Shown one piece after another: positions 62,254 through 64,000 of a DNA stretch of 64,000 bases. The position numbers were made by a program, and so were the translations under genes. The notes beneath the pieces are model-generated. The model was not told the DNA's origin and did no database searches. It was given only the letters and a program-made list of their open reading frames with translations. Position 1 is the first letter of the stretch. Each line of letters begins with the position of its first letter. Where the stretch lies: contig NC_091291.1 of NCBI RefSeq assembly GCF_032444005.1, positions 18,104,001-18,168,000 of the forward strand, in the 5' to 3' direction. This DNA comes from Ranitomeya imitator (Eukaryota).

Positions 62254-64000
62254 AGCAGTGGAGGAGAGCTGCTGCTGGAGACAGAGCAGTGGAGTTGAGG
62301 TCCTGCTGGAGACAGAGCAGTGGGGTTGAGGTCCTGCTGGAGACAGAACAGTGGGGTTGAGCTCCTCCTGAAGACAGAGCAGTGGTGGAGAGCTTGTGCT
62401 GGAGACAGAGCAGTGGTGGAGAGCTACTGCTGGAGATAGAGCAGTGGAGTTGAGGTTCTGCTGGAGACAGAGCAGTGGGGTTGAGGTCCTGCTGGAGACA
62501 GAACAGTGGGGTTGAGCTCCTCCTGAAGACAGAGCAGTGGTGGAGAGCTTGTGCTGGAGACAGAGCAGTGGTGGAGAGCTACTGCTGGAGATAGAGCAGT
62601 GGAGTTGAGCTCCTACTGGAGACAGAGCAGTGGGGTTGAGCTCCTGCTGGAGACAGAGCAGTGGTGAAGAGTTCCTGCTGGAGACAGAGCAGTGGGGTTG
62701 AGCTCCTGCTGGAGACAGAGCAGTGGTGGAGAGCTCCTGCTGGAGACAGAGCAGTGGAGTTGAGCTCCTGTTGGAGACAGAGCAGGGAAGTTGAGCTCCT
62801 GCTGGAGACAGAGCAGTGGAGTTGAGCTCCTGCTGGAGACAGAGCAGTGGGGTTGAGCTGCAGGAGACAGAGCAGTGGAGTTGAGCTCCTGCTGGAGACA
62901 GAGCAGTGGGGTTGAGGTCCTGCTGGAGATAGAGCAGTGGGGTTGAGCTTCTGCTGGAGACAGAGCAGTGGAGTTGAGCTGCTGGAGACAGAGCAGTGGA
63001 GTTGAGCTGCTGGAGACAGAGCAGTGGAGTTGAGCTTCTGCTGGAGACAGAGCAGTGGGGTTGAGCAGCTGGAGACAGAGCAGTGGAGTTGAGCTGCTGG
63101 AGACAGAGCAGTGGAGTTGAGCTTCTGCTGGAGACAGAGCAGTGGGGTTGAGCTGCTGGAGACAGAGCAGTGGGGTTGAGCTCCTGCTGAAGACAGAGCA
63201 GTGGGGTTGAGCTCCTGCTGAAGACAGAGCAGTGGGATTGAGCTCCTGCTGGAGACAGAGCAGTGGTGGAGAGCTCCTGCTGAAGACAGAGCAGTGGTGG
63301 AGAGTTCCTGCTGGAGAAAGAGCAGTGGAGTTGAGCTCCTGCTGGAGACAGAGCAGTGGGATTGAGGTCCTGCTGGAGACAGAGCAGTGGGGTTGAGGTC
63401 CTGCTGGAGACAGAGCAGTGGCGTTGAGGTCCTGCTGGAGACAGAGCAGTGGGGTTGAGGTCCTGCTGGAGACAGAGCAGTGGTGGAGAGCTCTTGCTGG
63501 AGACAGAGCAGTGGTGGAGAGCTCCTGCTGGAGACAGAGCAGTGGGGTTGAGGTTCTGCTGGAGACAGAACAGTGGGGTTGAGCTCCTGCTGAAGATAGA
63601 GCAGTGGTGGAGAGTTCCTGCTGGAGACAGAGCAGTGGGGTTGAGGTTCTGCTGGAGACAGAACAGTGGGGTTGAGCTCCTGCTGAAGATAGAGCAGTGG
63701 TGGAGAGCTACTGCTGGAGACAGAGCAGTGGTGAAGAGTTCCTGCTGGAGACAGAGCAGTGGAGTTGAGCTCCTGCTGGAGACAGAGCAGTGGTGGAGAG
63801 CTCCTGCTGGAGACAGAGCAGTGGAGTTGAGCTCCTGTTGGAGACAGAGCAGGGAAGTTGAGCTCCTGCTGGAGACAGAGCAGCGGAGTTGAGCTCCTGC
63901 TGGAGACAGAGCAGTGGGGTTGAGCTGCAGGAGACAGAGCAGTGGAGTTGAGCTCCTGCTGGAGACAGAGCAGTGGGGTTGAGGTCCTGCTGGAGATAGA
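62254..64000. repeat. 28-33-bp minisatellite (GAGCTCCTGCTGGAGACAGAGCAGTGGGGTT)n, >50 copies, runs off window end
   Basis: Direct tandem repeats in the protease intron. Confidence 0.96.

Noticed and set aside
63449-63892. 147-aa ORF at the window end
   Set aside because: Translation of the 31-bp minisatellite.

Overview
Eukaryotic (vertebrate, most likely anuran amphibian; inferred from gene sequences and TE types) genomic window. Three spliced protein-coding genes were reconstructed by hand from GT-AG boundaries and phase continuity: (1) a complete 17-coding-exon XRCC1 (+, 8363-19713, 644 aa) with an ETS/YY1/GC-box promoter about 2.5 kb upstream; (2) a 1186-aa multi-cluster C2H2 zinc-finger gene (-, 34017-39395) with a KRAB-B-like exon but no detectable KRAB-A, four near-identical three-finger cassettes and two AT-hooks; (3) the 5' part of a hepsin/TMPRSS5-type type II transmembrane serine protease (+, 54430-62064, continues past the window). 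The rest is dense in mobile DNA (a young Ty3/Gypsy element whose gag-pol frame is broken only by a TA-inserted MITE, several Tc1/mariner relics, MITEs, a candidate Helitron) and at least ten tandem-repeat arrays. These include four copies of an 86-bp satellite showing higher-order duplication and fold-back junctions. Most long ORFs in the supplied track are artefacts of these repeats. No rRNA, tRNA or CRISPR. I see no proven new biological system; the best leads are the zinc-finger architecture, a second FHA-binding-type motif in XRCC1 and the fold-back behaviour of the 86-bp satellite.
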